A stretch of 64,000 bases of DNA from an uncultured bacterium (GTDB taxonomy: Bacteria > SAR324 > NAC60-12). A model generated the notes under the pieces. It did not search any database and was not told the DNA's origin. It saw only the letters and a list, made by a program, of their open reading frames with translations. The DNA lies in NCBI GenBank assembly GCA_965662235.1, contig CBFIGY010000002.1, forward strand, positions 192,001-256,000, read 5' to 3'. Positions within the stretch are counted from its first letter, which is position 1, and every line of letters begins with the position of its first letter. The position numbers and the translations under genes were made by a program. This document shows positions 27,713-37,538 of this stretch, piece after piece.

Positions 27713-28480
27713 ATGGATCATCGCTTTTCGCGCCTCCTCCTGGGCCTCGCCTTCATTGGAGCCATGTTTGTTGGCCTCCCCGGGGTCAGCTCTGCTCAGG
27801 TGCAAGCCCCTCAACAACCCATTGCATTTGACCACCAGATTCACGTCACGCAAAACGGGATCTCGTGTCAATACTGCCACCTTTATGCACGTCGCTCCTA
27901 CTCTTCAGGAGTTCCTCCCGTCAGCACCTGCATCGGGTGTCACGGGACCAACGAGATGAAAATTGTCCAACCTCCGGCCAATTCTCCGAAGGAGTGGCTG
28001 GACGGCCTGGACACCCTCCGGAACCACTGGGACAAGGGTGAACCCATCCCGTGGGTCAAGGTTCACGACATCCCCGATTTTGTCCGCTTCCCTCACAAGG
28101 AGCACATCAACGTCGACAGCAGCCGCTTTGTTGATGAAGCCGGACGCGGATGTGACATGCAGGCGAATCCCCGTTCGCTGGAGTGCAAGCTTTCCCAGTT
28201 CCGAGCCGGTGGTGACCAGCGCTGTCAAGCGTGCCACGGAAATGTTTCCCAGATGAAGGTTGTGGCCAAGGTGGACCAGAACTTCGGGGGCATGGGCTGG
28301 TGCATGGAGTGTCACCTGCAGGTGAAGGGCGCTGTGGAGCGCAAGCGCGCCATGAGCACCCTCGAGGGGTGGTTCAATGCCAAGGAAAATGATGCCAAGC
28401 GGGAAGCCGCGATGCACTTGGTTGATGACAAGGGCTACCACACCCCGAACATGAACGACTGCTTCACCTGTCACTACTGA
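27713..28480 (+). CDS. actA: Alternative complex III pentaheme cytochrome c
   Basis: Five CxxCH motifs (CQYCH, CIGCH, CQACH, CMECH, CFTCH), QPIAFDH, PIPWVKVH..PDFVRFPH. Confidence 0.88.
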   Translation: MDHRFSRLLLGLAFIGAMFVGLPGVSSAQVQAPQQPIAFDHQIHVTQNGISCQYCHLYARRSYSSGVPPVSTCIGCHGTNEMKIVQPPANSPKEWLDGLDTLRNHWDKGEPIPWVKVHDIPDFVRFPHKEHINVDSSRFVDEAGRGCDMQANPRSLECKLSQFRAGGDQRCQACHGNVSQMKVVAKVDQNFGGMGWCMECHLQVKGAVERKRAMSTLEGWFNAKENDAKREAAMHLVDDKGYHTPNMNDCFTCHY

Positions 28481-28514
28481 CCCCCATTCTTTTGTCAAAC
28501 ACTCGGAGTTTCTG

Positions 28515-31463
28515 ATGAGCAAAGGCCTGAGTCGAAGAAATCTATTTAAATACATGGGGGTTGCGGGCGCCACTGCAACTGCAGCTGGCTGTCAGCAGAA
28601 GCCGGAGAAGCTGATTCCCATGTTGGTCCCGCCGACCAACTTTGAGTATGCCCCCAGCGAGGCATACAACTACATGACCACCTGCCGCGAGTGCGACGCT
28701 GCCTGCGGGATGATGGTCACGGTTCGGGAGCACCGGGCGCAAAAAGCCGAAGGGAATCCCAACCACCCCCTCAACCAAGGCGCTCTGTGTGCCCGAGGTC
28801 AAGCGTCCATGCAGGCGCTCTACAATCCTGACCGGCTGGCGGCTCCGTCCAGCAAAGCCGGAGGCGCCATCACTTGGGAGCAGGGCCTGAAGGAACTGAC
28901 TCAGCGGCTCAACACCGCCGGAGGACAGGTGGTGTACCTCGGACGTCCTGAAACCGGCACGGGCAAAGCCTTTGTCGCCGAGTGGCTGCAGGCCGTCGGT
29001 GGTGGGCGCAAGGTCACCTTTGACCTGCTCAGCCGCAACGCCCTGGTTGAAGCCAACCGCATCGCCTTTGGCAAGGCCATGGTCCCGGACTACGTCTTTG
29101 AAGAAGCGCAGATGCTGATCAACTTCAGCAGCGACTTCTTGGAGAGCTGGGGCAACCAGGTGGAGAACAGCCGCCGCTTCGTCAACATGCACGCCTACCA
29201 AAACGGTCAGCGTCGTGAGTTTGTCCAAGTAAGCCCGCAGGTTTCCCTGACCGCTTCCAAGGCCGACCGCTGGGTCCCGATCAATCCGGGAACCGAAGGC
29301 CTGATGGCCCTGTCCCTAGCCCACGTGGTCCGGAACCAGAAGGGCGGATACGCCTGGCTGGAGAGCTACTTGGACGCGTATGCGCCTGAAAAGGTGGCCA
29401 GCGCCATTGGGGTTGAAGCCGAAAAGATTACGGAACTCGCAGAAGCCTTCAGTGCTGACACCCCCAGCCTTGCGCTGGGAGGCGGCCCCGTTGCCGCAAC
29501 AGAGGCTGCAGTGGAGATGCAGGTTGCCATCAACATCCTCAACGCAGTCGCAGGCAACCTCAACCGCACGGTAGTCTTCCCGCAGATGAGCCAGGAAGAG
29601 GACACCTCGCATCAGCAGGTGGTGGACCTGATCAACGACCTGAACGCCGGTCGTGTGAAGGTTTTGGTCGTTGACGACTCCAACCCCCTCTACGCCCTGC
29701 CTCCGGAGCTGGGAATGGCAGCAGCGCTGCAGAAGGCGTATGTCGTCAGCCTCGCCTCCATGAAGAGCGAAACCACCAGCGCAGCCGACTTGGTGCTGCC
29801 TGCGCTGACCGCTTATGAGACCTGGGGAGACGCGGCCCCGCGTGCCGGAGTCCGGAGCCTTCAGCAGCCGGTGATGGCGCCTGTGAACACGTTTGACGCC
29901 AAGGCCCGTGAAGATGTGATGATCACGGTTGCTAAAGGAGTCCGCCGGAGTGCCTTTGACGGCATCACGACCTACAAGGATTACCTCCAGAAGGCCTGGA
30001 TGCAGGTTCAGAACGAGACCGGACGTCCCGGACTCTTCGACAACTTCTGGGTTTCCGTCTTGGAAGACGGAGGGGTCTTTGGTTCCACGCCCACCACCAC
30101 GGTGACGCTGTCGAACGCAGTGACGGGTGTTTCCGTGCCTGCTCCAACCCGCAACGAAGGCCTGACCCTACTGGTCTCGTCCTCTTTGCTGAAAGCTGAC
30201 GGAAGCGGCGCCAACAAGCCCTGGCTGCAAGAGGTGCCAGATCCCATGTCTCAGATCGTTTGGGACTCCTGGCTGGAAATCCACCCGGACACTGCCAAGG
30301 AAATGGGCATTGACGACCGAGACGTTGTGGAAGTGACCACGTCTCAGGGAACCCTGAGCCTGATGGCCTACTACTACTACGGCATCCACCGTCAAGCCGT
30401 GGCAATCCCCATGGGACAGGGGCATGAAAGCTCCGGAGCCGCAGCAGATGGATTCGGGGTGAACGTCATGACGCTCCTCCCGGTCAAGCAGGATTCCTCT
30501 GGAAACCTGGTGTTCTCCGGAACCGCTGTAGAAGTGAAGGGCACCGGCAGCAAGGGTTACACTGTCAACATGGACGGCAACCCCCGTCAAGCGGGTCGAG
30601 ACATCGCCGCAGCGGCTACTGTTGCAGAACTGGCTTCAGGAGACGCCGGACACGGCGCAGCCCACAAGCGTAAAACGGAGATGTATCCGGACCGTGCCGA
30701 GACGGCAGGCTACTACAAGCCTTACCGCTGGGGCATGACGATCGACCTCGACCGCTGCACCGGGTGCTCGGCCTGTGTTGTGGCCTGCTATGCCGACAAC
30801 AACATCCCCGTTGTTGGAAAAGAGCGGGCGGCCGTCGGTCGGGAAATGTCCTGGATCCGCCTCGAGCGCTACTTCGAGGGCTACGGGGACGACTTCGAGA
30901 CCCGGATTGTGCCGATGATGTGTCAGCAGTGCGGCAACGCCGGCTGCGAGCCCGTCTGCCCGGTCTATGCGACCTACCACAACCCGGAAGGCCTCAACGC
31001 CATGATCTACAACCGGTGTGTGGGAACGCGTTACTGCTCCAACAACTGCGCCTACAAGGTCCGTCGCTTCAACTGGTTCAGCTATGAGTTCCCGGCTCCT
31101 CTGGATCAGCAGCTCAACTCGACCATGACCACCCGTGAGAAGGGGGTGATGGAAAAGTGCAACTTCTGTGTGCCTCGCCTGACTTACGCCAAGCGGCAAG
31201 CCAAGGCGCTGGGCCGAGACCTTCGGGACGGTGAGGTGATGACGGCGTGTCAACAGACCTGTCCGACCCAAGCCATTACTTTTGGGAACCTCTCAGACCC
31301 GAACAGTCGGGTTTCTCAGTTGGCCATGCGTGACGACATGGAGGAACGTGATCGTCAGTATGAAGTCTTCCCGGAACTCAACTTCAAACCCGCTGTTACT
31401 TATCTCAAGAAGGTGAATACCCGTGAGGTGAGTGGGCACTCGGACGGTGCTGAGCACGCCTGA
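28515..31463 (+). CDS. actB: Alternative complex III subunit B (molybdopterin-oxidoreductase-like domain fused to an Fe-S domain)
   Basis: Tat motif SRRNLFK plus lipobox AAGC, NKPWLQEVPDP, WGMTIDLDRCTGCSAC, YNRCVGTRYCSNNC, GVMEKCNFC. Confidence 0.92.
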   Translation: MSKGLSRRNLFKYMGVAGATATAAGCQQKPEKLIPMLVPPTNFEYAPSEAYNYMTTCRECDAACGMMVTVREHRAQKAEGNPNHPLNQGALCARGQASMQALYNPDRLAAPSSKAGGAITWEQGLKELTQRLNTAGGQVVYLGRPETGTGKAFVAEWLQAVGGGRKVTFDLLSRNALVEANRIAFGKAMVPDYVFEEAQMLINFSSDFLESWGNQVENSRRFVNMHAYQNGQRREFVQVSPQVSLTASKADRWVPINPGTEGLMALSLAHVVRNQKGGYAWLESYLDAYAPEKVASAIGVEAEKITELAEAFSADTPSLALGGGPVAATEAAVEMQVAINILNAVAGNLNRTVVFPQMSQEEDTSHQQVVDLINDLNAGRVKVLVVDDSNPLYALPPELGMAAALQKAYVVSLASMKSETTSAADLVLPALTAYETWGDAAPRAGVRSLQQPVMAPVNTFDAKAREDVMITVAKGVRRSAFDGITTYKDYLQKAWMQVQNETGRPGLFDNFWVSVLEDGGVFGSTPTTTVTLSNAVTGVSVPAPTRNEGLTLLVSSSLLKADGSGANKPWLQEVPDPMSQIVWDSWLEIHPDTAKEMGIDDRDVVEVTTSQGTLSLMAYYYYGIHRQAVAIPMGQGHESSGAAADGFGVNVMTLLPVKQDSSGNLVFSGTAVEVKGTGSKGYTVNMDGNPRQAGRDIAAAATVAELASGDAGHGAAHKRKTEMYPDRAETAGYYKPYRWGMTIDLDRCTGCSACVVACYADNNIPVVGKERAAVGREMSWIRLERYFEGYGDDFETRIVPMMCQQCGNAGCEPVCPVYATYHNPEGLNAMIYNRCVGTRYCSNNCAYKVRRFNWFSYEFPAPLDQQLNSTMTTREKGVMEKCNFCVPRLTYAKRQAKALGRDLRDGEVMTACQQTCPTQAITFGNLSDPNSRVSQLAMRDDMEERDRQYEVFPELNFKPAVTYLKKVNTREVSGHSDGAEHA

Positions 31464-31490
31464 GCTTTTATCTAACACACGGAGAAATCC

Positions 31491-32954
31491 ATGCACGCAG
31501 CTGCGCTAAACCAATACGACGCTGACGCAGGTCGCGTTGTCATTGACGAGCATCTCGGGCACCCCGGCATTGAAGCAACGACTCTGGACTACGGACAGAT
31601 CAATGACGACATGCTGGCGATGCTGGAGAAGCCGCACCCCTCCTACTTCCTGCTCCTGCTCGGCTTCCTGACCGCGCTGGTGCTGGGGGTCATCAGCCTG
31701 GCCATTCAGGTTGATGTCGGAATTGGTTATTCCGGTATTAGCCACCCGATCATGTGGGGCTTCTACATCACCAACTTCGTCTTCTGGGTGGGTATCGGTC
31801 ACGCAGGAACTCTGATTTCGGCGGTGTTCTACCTCACTCGGGCGCCCTGGCGAACCGCCATCTACCGCAGTGCGGAAGCAATGACGGTGTTTGCGGTCAT
31901 GACCGCCGGCCTCTTCCCGATCCTGCACACCGGACGGCCCTGGCTGGCTTACTGGCTGATCCCGTATCCCAACGAGCGGATGCTCTGGGTGAACTTCAAG
32001 TCGCCCCTCCTCTGGGACGTGTTCGCGGTCTCCACGTACATGACGGTCTCCATCATGTTCTTCATGCTGGGCCTGATTCCGGACATGGCGATTCTGCGAG
32101 ACGAGGCGATGCGACGGGGTCACAAGCTCAAGGCCCTGATCTACACGCCCATGGCCCTGGCGTGGCGTGGCACGAACCACCAGTGGATGCACTACATGCG
32201 CGGCTACCTGATCTTTGCCGCCCTAGCCACCCCGCTGGTCTTTTCGGTCCACTCGATCGTTAGCTGGGACTTTGCCATGTCCTCGGTTCCGGGATGGCAC
32301 ACCACCATCTTTGCCCCCTACTTCGTGGCCGGCGCCATCTTCTCAGGGCTGGCGATGGTGATGACGGTGCTGATTCCGGTCCGGGTGGTGTTCGGTCTTG
32401 AGCAGTACATCTCGACCCACGTGGTCAACAGCGTCTGCAAGGTGATCATCTTCACCTCCACGGTGGTGGGATACGCGTACGCGACCGAGTTCTTCATTGC
32501 TTGGTACAGCGGCAGCCCCTACGAGCGGGCGATCTTCTACTTCCGTCCGTTTGGTGACATGACCAGCTGGACCCTGACGGGAGACCACAACATCACCTTC
32601 CCGCAGATCGCGTTCTGGCTGATGGTCTTCTGCAACGTCATTGCTCCCATTCCGCTCTGGCGTAACAAGGTCCGGCACAACCTCCTTGCCGTCTGGATCA
32701 TCTGTGGCCTCATCAACGTGGGCATGTGGTTCGAGCGCTTCAACATTGTCGGAAGCTCGCTCCAGCACGAGTACGACCCCGCCTCTTGGGGCGAGTACTG
32801 GCCGACCATCGTTGAGGTGGGCATTACGGTGGGAAGCTTCGGATTCTTCTTTACGCTGTTTACCCTCTTTGCCAAAACCCTTCCGCCGATGGCAATCATG
32901 GAGCTGAAGGAAGCGGCGAATCCTCCAATGAAACACTCTCCGAAGGAGCATTGA
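31491..32954 (+). CDS. actC: Alternative complex III quinol-binding subunit (NrfD/PsrC family)
   Basis: NFVFWVGIGHAGTLISA, RSAEAMT, HTGRPW, SPLLWD, PGWHTTIFAPYFVAGAIFSG. Confidence 0.93.
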   Translation: MHAAALNQYDADAGRVVIDEHLGHPGIEATTLDYGQINDDMLAMLEKPHPSYFLLLLGFLTALVLGVISLAIQVDVGIGYSGISHPIMWGFYITNFVFWVGIGHAGTLISAVFYLTRAPWRTAIYRSAEAMTVFAVMTAGLFPILHTGRPWLAYWLIPYPNERMLWVNFKSPLLWDVFAVSTYMTVSIMFFMLGLIPDMAILRDEAMRRGHKLKALIYTPMALAWRGTNHQWMHYMRGYLIFAALATPLVFSVHSIVSWDFAMSSVPGWHTTIFAPYFVAGAIFSGLAMVMTVLIPVRVVFGLEQYISTHVVNSVCKVIIFTSTVVGYAYATEFFIAWYSGSPYERAIFYFRPFGDMTSWTLTGDHNITFPQIAFWLMVFCNVIAPIPLWRNKVRHNLLAVWIICGLINVGMWFERFNIVGSSLQHEYDPASWGEYWPTIVEVGITVGSFGFFFTLFTLFAKTLPPMAIMELKEAANPPMKHSPKEH

Positions 32955-33475
32955 TGGCTAAGTTCACCGGCGTTTGGGCCTCGTTTGCCCACTTGGATGA
33001 GACGACGGAGACCATTGAGGAGGTCCGGAATAAAGGCGTTCAGCCCACCGTTCTGTCCCCATGCCCGCGTCATGAAATTGACCATGCTCTGGGAGAACCT
33101 CAGAGCATTGTGCCCTGGATTGCCCTGGCCTTCGGGGCCCTGGGAACCCTCATCGGCTACAGCTTCCCAGCCTGGACCGCTTCTGACTGGGTCCTCCCGG
33201 TGAGTGGCAAGCCCATCTTGGCCATCCCCGCTTTCACGGTGATTGGCTTCGAGCTAACGATTCTGATGGCCGCGTTCCACACCCTAGCAGGACTGGCATT
33301 GCTGGCCGTCATTGACACCATCCGTCACCCGATGCCGGCCGGAGTCAAGAAGTACCTGCGCTTCCAGCGGGACCGCTTCGGAGTCGTGGTCCGATGTGAC
33401 GAGTCGCGCTTGGACGAGTTCATGGAAGTCATGAAAAAGAATGGAGCAGAGGAGGTTCATGTCGAACGCACTTAA
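32954..33475 (+). CDS. actD: Alternative complex III subunit D (DUF3341)
   Basis: SPCPRHEIDHALG, VSGKP, PAFTVIGFELTIL; position in the operon. Confidence 0.88.
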   Translation: MAKFTGVWASFAHLDETTETIEEVRNKGVQPTVLSPCPRHEIDHALGEPQSIVPWIALAFGALGTLIGYSFPAWTASDWVLPVSGKPILAIPAFTVIGFELTILMAAFHTLAGLALLAVIDTIRHPMPAGVKKYLRFQRDRFGVVVRCDESRLDEFMEVMKKNGAEEVHVERT

Positions 33476-34139
33476 GCGAAACTGGAAACGGGCCCTGGCG
33501 GGCTGCTTCCTCTTGGGAGTGAGCGCCTCCATGCTGTCCGCTGTAGACCGGAACCCGTACTACGATCCTAAGGAAACCGGTTACAACATCACCAACGATG
33601 ACCGCCCTTGGTTTGACGGAAAGGATTACCCGTATTACCGGGACATGTATGACGGCAAGAGCCTGAAGCCTCAGGAAGAAGGCTCCTACCAAGAGTTTGC
33701 TGAGGACTCGGTGCCCGTCAAGGTGGTGCTGGGGAAGATCAGCAAGGTCTATGACCCCTTCATCCCTGCTGTCGTCGGCGACGGTTCAGGGCCCGAAGGT
33801 CACCCACGTGAGTTCTACCCCAAGAACCCGACCCGTGCCACAACGGCCTCTCTGCAGCGTGGACAGGTGCTCTTCAACACCTACTGTGCGGCCTGTCATG
33901 GGCAGGACGGACTGGCCAACACCGTCGCGGTACAAAAGGGCGTTCCGGCTCCTCCGATCGTGGCCATCTTCCAGATCCCCACGGCGCAATCGCACCTCTA
34001 CAACAAGATCAAGTACGGAAGTTATTATCAGACCCCACGGGGCTTGATGCCAGCCTTTGGAGCACAGACGTCCGTTCAGGATCGCTGGGACATGGTGAAC
34101 TACATGGTCAGCGACCAGTTCGGTAAGGAGATTCGATGA
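33459..34139 (+). CDS. actE: Alternative complex III monoheme cytochrome c
   Basis: RGQVLFNTYCAACHG, LMPAFG, DRW. Confidence 0.85.
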   Translation: MSNALKRNWKRALAGCFLLGVSASMLSAVDRNPYYDPKETGYNITNDDRPWFDGKDYPYYRDMYDGKSLKPQEEGSYQEFAEDSVPVKVVLGKISKVYDPFIPAVVGDGSGPEGHPREFYPKNPTRATTASLQRGQVLFNTYCAACHGQDGLANTVAVQKGVPAPPIVAIFQIPTAQSHLYNKIKYGSYYQTPRGLMPAFGAQTSVQDRWDMVNYMVSDQFGKEIR

Positions 34140-35410
34140 AAGAGATTGCTGAAAAGTCCCTGTTTGAGATTCCAAAGGGAATCAAGACCCTACTCTGGGC
34201 GTTTGTGGCGTTAGGCATCGCAATGTTTGTCATCGGCCAGGTCGGTGACGAAGAGAGCGTGCTCCGGGCGTGGCAGACCTTCTTGATCAATGTCATGTTC
34301 TGGGGAGGCATCGCCCAGGCCGGAGTCATCTTTGCCGTCATCTGGCAGATCACTGACGCCAAGTGGGGACGTCCCTTCAAGCGCCTTGCTGAGGCGTGTG
34401 CCGGGTTCCTGCCCATCTCGTTTGTGATGTTCCTCGTGGTCTTCTTCGGCGCCACGGTGCTGTACGAATGGTCGCACACCCCGTTTCTGCACCACGGACA
34501 CCCGGTCAAGGCCGGTTGGCTGAACCTGCCCTTCTTCATCTCCCGCAACATCTTCTGGCTGTTGCTGATGTACGGCATTTCCTACTGGTTCGTGAAGACC
34601 TCCATCAAGCCGGACGTGGCCCTTGCCCGCAAACTGCTGGGCAGCAAGTGGGGCGGCGCCTTTGCTGACAAGATGCTGGACGGATACGGCAACCATGAAG
34701 ACGAAGTCATTCGCTTGGAGCAGCTGTCCCGACGGATTGCCCCGGCGCTGGCCATCATCTACGGCGTGGGCGGTTCATTCCTCGCTTGGGACTTTGTGAT
34801 GACGCTCGATCAAGAGTGGTTCAGCACCCTGTTTGGAGTCTTCTTCCTGATTGGAAACATGCACGCCTTCTTGGGCCTGATGCTGGCCATCTCGGTCACC
34901 GTCCGGAACAAGTTTGGCCTTGCGGACTACATCACGGTGAACCGTCTCCACGACTTGGCCAAGATGGCGTTTGCCTTCTCCCTGCTGTGGACCTACATGG
35001 GGTATTCGCAGTACCTGCCCATTTGGTATGCGAACCTCCCAGAAGAGACGCCCTACCTGATCGTTCGGACCATGGAGCAGCCGTGGCAGACGGTCTTCCT
35101 GGTCGTTCTTGCTTGGGTCTTCTTCTCCGTGTTCCTCGGCCTGCTGCCGAAGACGCTGTGCCGCAAGCCAGCGTATGTTCGGATAATGGGAATCTGGATT
35201 GCTGCAGGACAGTGGCTGGCCATCTACCTGATGGTGGTGCCGTCCCTTCAGCATGAAGGACACTACCACGTGTACCTCGGACTGACGGAGTTGCTGATTA
35301 CTCTCGGCTTCCTTGGAGCCTTCTTCCTGTCGTACCTGTCGTTCCTCGGGAAGCTGCCCATTTTGCCGATCTCCGACAAGCACCTCTGCAAGACCTGGCA
35401 CGGCCACTAA
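34136..35410 (+). CDS. actF: Alternative complex III subunit F
   Basis: AKWGRPFKRLAE, WLNLPFF, WFSTLFG, HDLAK, SQYLPIWYANLPEE. Confidence 0.9.
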   Translation: MKEIAEKSLFEIPKGIKTLLWAFVALGIAMFVIGQVGDEESVLRAWQTFLINVMFWGGIAQAGVIFAVIWQITDAKWGRPFKRLAEACAGFLPISFVMFLVVFFGATVLYEWSHTPFLHHGHPVKAGWLNLPFFISRNIFWLLLMYGISYWFVKTSIKPDVALARKLLGSKWGGAFADKMLDGYGNHEDEVIRLEQLSRRIAPALAIIYGVGGSFLAWDFVMTLDQEWFSTLFGVFFLIGNMHAFLGLMLAISVTVRNKFGLADYITVNRLHDLAKMAFAFSLLWTYMGYSQYLPIWYANLPEETPYLIVRTMEQPWQTVFLVVLAWVFFSVFLGLLPKTLCRKPAYVRIMGIWIAAGQWLAIYLMVVPSLQHEGHYHVYLGLTELLITLGFLGAFFLSYLSFLGKLPILPISDKHLCKTWHGH

Positions 35411-35426
35411 GCCGCTCCTGGCCTTC

Positions 35427-35454
35427 ATCCGGAGCACCCCCCAGTGCTCCGGAT
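35427..35454 (+). terminator. Stem-loop after actF
   Basis: ATCCGGAGCAC-N6-GTGCTCCGGAT followed by a pyrimidine tract. Confidence 0.6.
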
Positions 35455-35472
35455 TCCTCTTCTTCTCCCCAC

Positions 35473-36195
35473 ATGTTCCGGAACACGTCCTGGCTTCTTA
35501 CCGGAGCACTGATCCTCCTGAGCACCCTGCTCTCCCTGACAACGCCCCTCAGCGCACAGACCCTTCCTTGGGACGACCCTTACCTGGATCCGGAAGGAGC
35601 CAAGCCCCTTGGAGGACGCGCCGACAAGGACTCCGGACTTCTGCTCGGGTTCGGCTACGGACTGCACCCCATGTACGTGCCGGCGCCTCCTCTGGTCGTA
35701 GGGTGGTACCAGGACCCCGTTGTGTTTGGTGTGGAGAGCAGCGACACGGATCAGTTTCAGGTGCTCACCAAGGAACGTCTGGAAGCCTTCGGGACCTCGC
35801 GGTTCCGGAACACCGCCCTCTTTGGAAAGTACTTCCTCGGCAGTTCCCTCCTTGCAATGGTGACCCTTGAGGAGCGGCGGATGGACCTTTGGGACCGGAC
35901 CTTCAACCGCATTCAGGGGAGCGCCAGCTTTGACCAGCACCTCAAGGCCACCGTCGCCACCGGAGGCCTCGGCTTCATGAGCTTCTCCAACTACTCGTTT
36001 TTTGGAGTTGATGTGCTACGATACGCGGTGCCCCTCAGTGAGTCGGCAGAGGTGGTGGAGCACTATGAAACCTGGACCTTGATCAGCGGAACCCGCGAGG
36101 AACTCGACCAGAACATTGCCAAACGAAACGAAACCTGGCTGGACCTCCTTAAGGTCTCCTCCGGCTTTGTGATTTACTGGGGATTCTGGTTCTAA
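35473..36195 (+). CDS. Probable outer-membrane beta-barrel protein
   Basis: Signal peptide (LSA-QT), C-terminal IYWGFWF. Confidence 0.6.
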   Translation: MFRNTSWLLTGALILLSTLLSLTTPLSAQTLPWDDPYLDPEGAKPLGGRADKDSGLLLGFGYGLHPMYVPAPPLVVGWYQDPVVFGVESSDTDQFQVLTKERLEAFGTSRFRNTALFGKYFLGSSLLAMVTLEERRMDLWDRTFNRIQGSASFDQHLKATVATGGLGFMSFSNYSFFGVDVLRYAVPLSESAEVVEHYETWTLISGTREELDQNIAKRNETWLDLLKVSSGFVIYWGFWF

Positions 36196-36257
36196 GGACT
36201 GAGGAACGCCAGTCCCGGAAAGGCACCGGCGCTCTGAAAAGGAAGGCTGAAGGAGCT

Positions 36258-37451
36258 TTAGGTGGCCGCAGGAGCCAGCACTCGCGTGGAGCGCATGTAC
36301 CAGACCATCAGCGCCGTCACGGCCACCAGCAGAGGCAACGCCAGCAGGTTCACCCACTGCCAGCCCAAGAGGTTCAGCAGCACCCCTGCCAGCAGTGACC
36401 CTGTTGCAGCAGAGGCAAAGACCATCAAGTCATTGGCTCCTTGGACAGCAGCCCGCTCTTCCGGTCGGTAGGTTTCCGTGAGCAAGGCGGTTCCGGCCAC
36501 AAACATGAAGTTCCAGCCGACCCCCAGCAGCACCAAGGCGGTCCAGAAGTGCCACCAGCTCTGTCCGGTCAGGTTGATGGCCACACACAGGGCATTGAGG
36601 AGGATGCCGATCAGGATGATCCGGAGGCTGCCAAAGCGTTGGATGAGGTTTCCCGTGAAAAACGAGGGGGCGTACATCCCGACCACGTGCCACTGAATGA
36701 CCAACGCAGCATCCGGAAAAGCGTGGTGGTGATGGGTCATGGCCAGGGGCGTCGCCGTCATCACCAGCGCCATCACCGCGTATCCGATGGCCGCGCTCAC
36801 AACCGCAACAATCAGCTTAGGTTGCCGAAAGATTTCCGGCAACGGACGCTGGGGCGCGTCCTCTCCAGGGGTCTGCATGGAAGGAAGCCGGAGCACGCTG
36901 AGGATGAGGGCAATGACCGCGTAGAGGGTGATGATCGCCAAGTAGCTGCCGGCAAAGCGAGCCTCTGGAATCAGGTCCCGGGCGTAAGACGCAATGCCCG
37001 GACCCAGCACGCCGGCGACAATCCCACCGGCCATCACCAGCGAAATGGCTCGGGACCGAAACTCAGGCTCAGCAACATCCACAGCAGCAAAGCGATAGAG
37101 CTGGCCAATGCCAAGCAGCAGGCCAATGCAGAAGATGGATGCGCAGAAGAGGACAAAGTTTTCGTGAATGATGGAAAAGGCAGCGGTCCCCGCCCCAAGG
37201 GTTCCCAGTAGGACCCCTAGCAGGAAGACCCCGCGACGTCCGTAACGACGCATCAGCAGCGACGCTGGCAACCCCGCAGACATCGTCCCCAAGAGGTTGA
37301 GAGACAGCGGAAGCGTTGCCAGAGCCTTGTTCTCCGCCAGCGTGTTGCCGACCAAAGAAGCAGCGGCCACATTGAGGCTTGCCGAGGTGGCAGAGAACGC
37401 AAAACAGACACCCAGCAGAGAAACCTGGGTGCGTGAAGAAAGTGTGAACAT
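36258..37451 (-). CDS. MFS transporter
   Basis: Multiple TM helices, MRRYGRR, YRFAA, IQWHVVGMYAPSFFTG. Confidence 0.9.
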   Translation of the reverse strand: MFTLSSRTQVSLLGVCFAFSATSASLNVAAASLVGNTLAENKALATLPLSLNLLGTMSAGLPASLLMRRYGRRGVFLLGVLLGTLGAGTAAFSIIHENFVLFCASIFCIGLLLGIGQLYRFAAVDVAEPEFRSRAISLVMAGGIVAGVLGPGIASYARDLIPEARFAGSYLAIITLYAVIALILSVLRLPSMQTPGEDAPQRPLPEIFRQPKLIVAVVSAAIGYAVMALVMTATPLAMTHHHHAFPDAALVIQWHVVGMYAPSFFTGNLIQRFGSLRIILIGILLNALCVAINLTGQSWWHFWTALVLLGVGWNFMFVAGTALLTETYRPEERAAVQGANDLMVFASAATGSLLAGVLLNLLGWQWVNLLALPLLVAVTALMVWYMRSTRVLAPAAT

Positions 37452-37538
37452 ACCCGTAAACTCCAAACATCAGTGATCAAGCTGCTCAAGCATAGCGATG
37501 CCTTTTAACGAAACCAAGCCCTATTCCCGGACTCGCCC

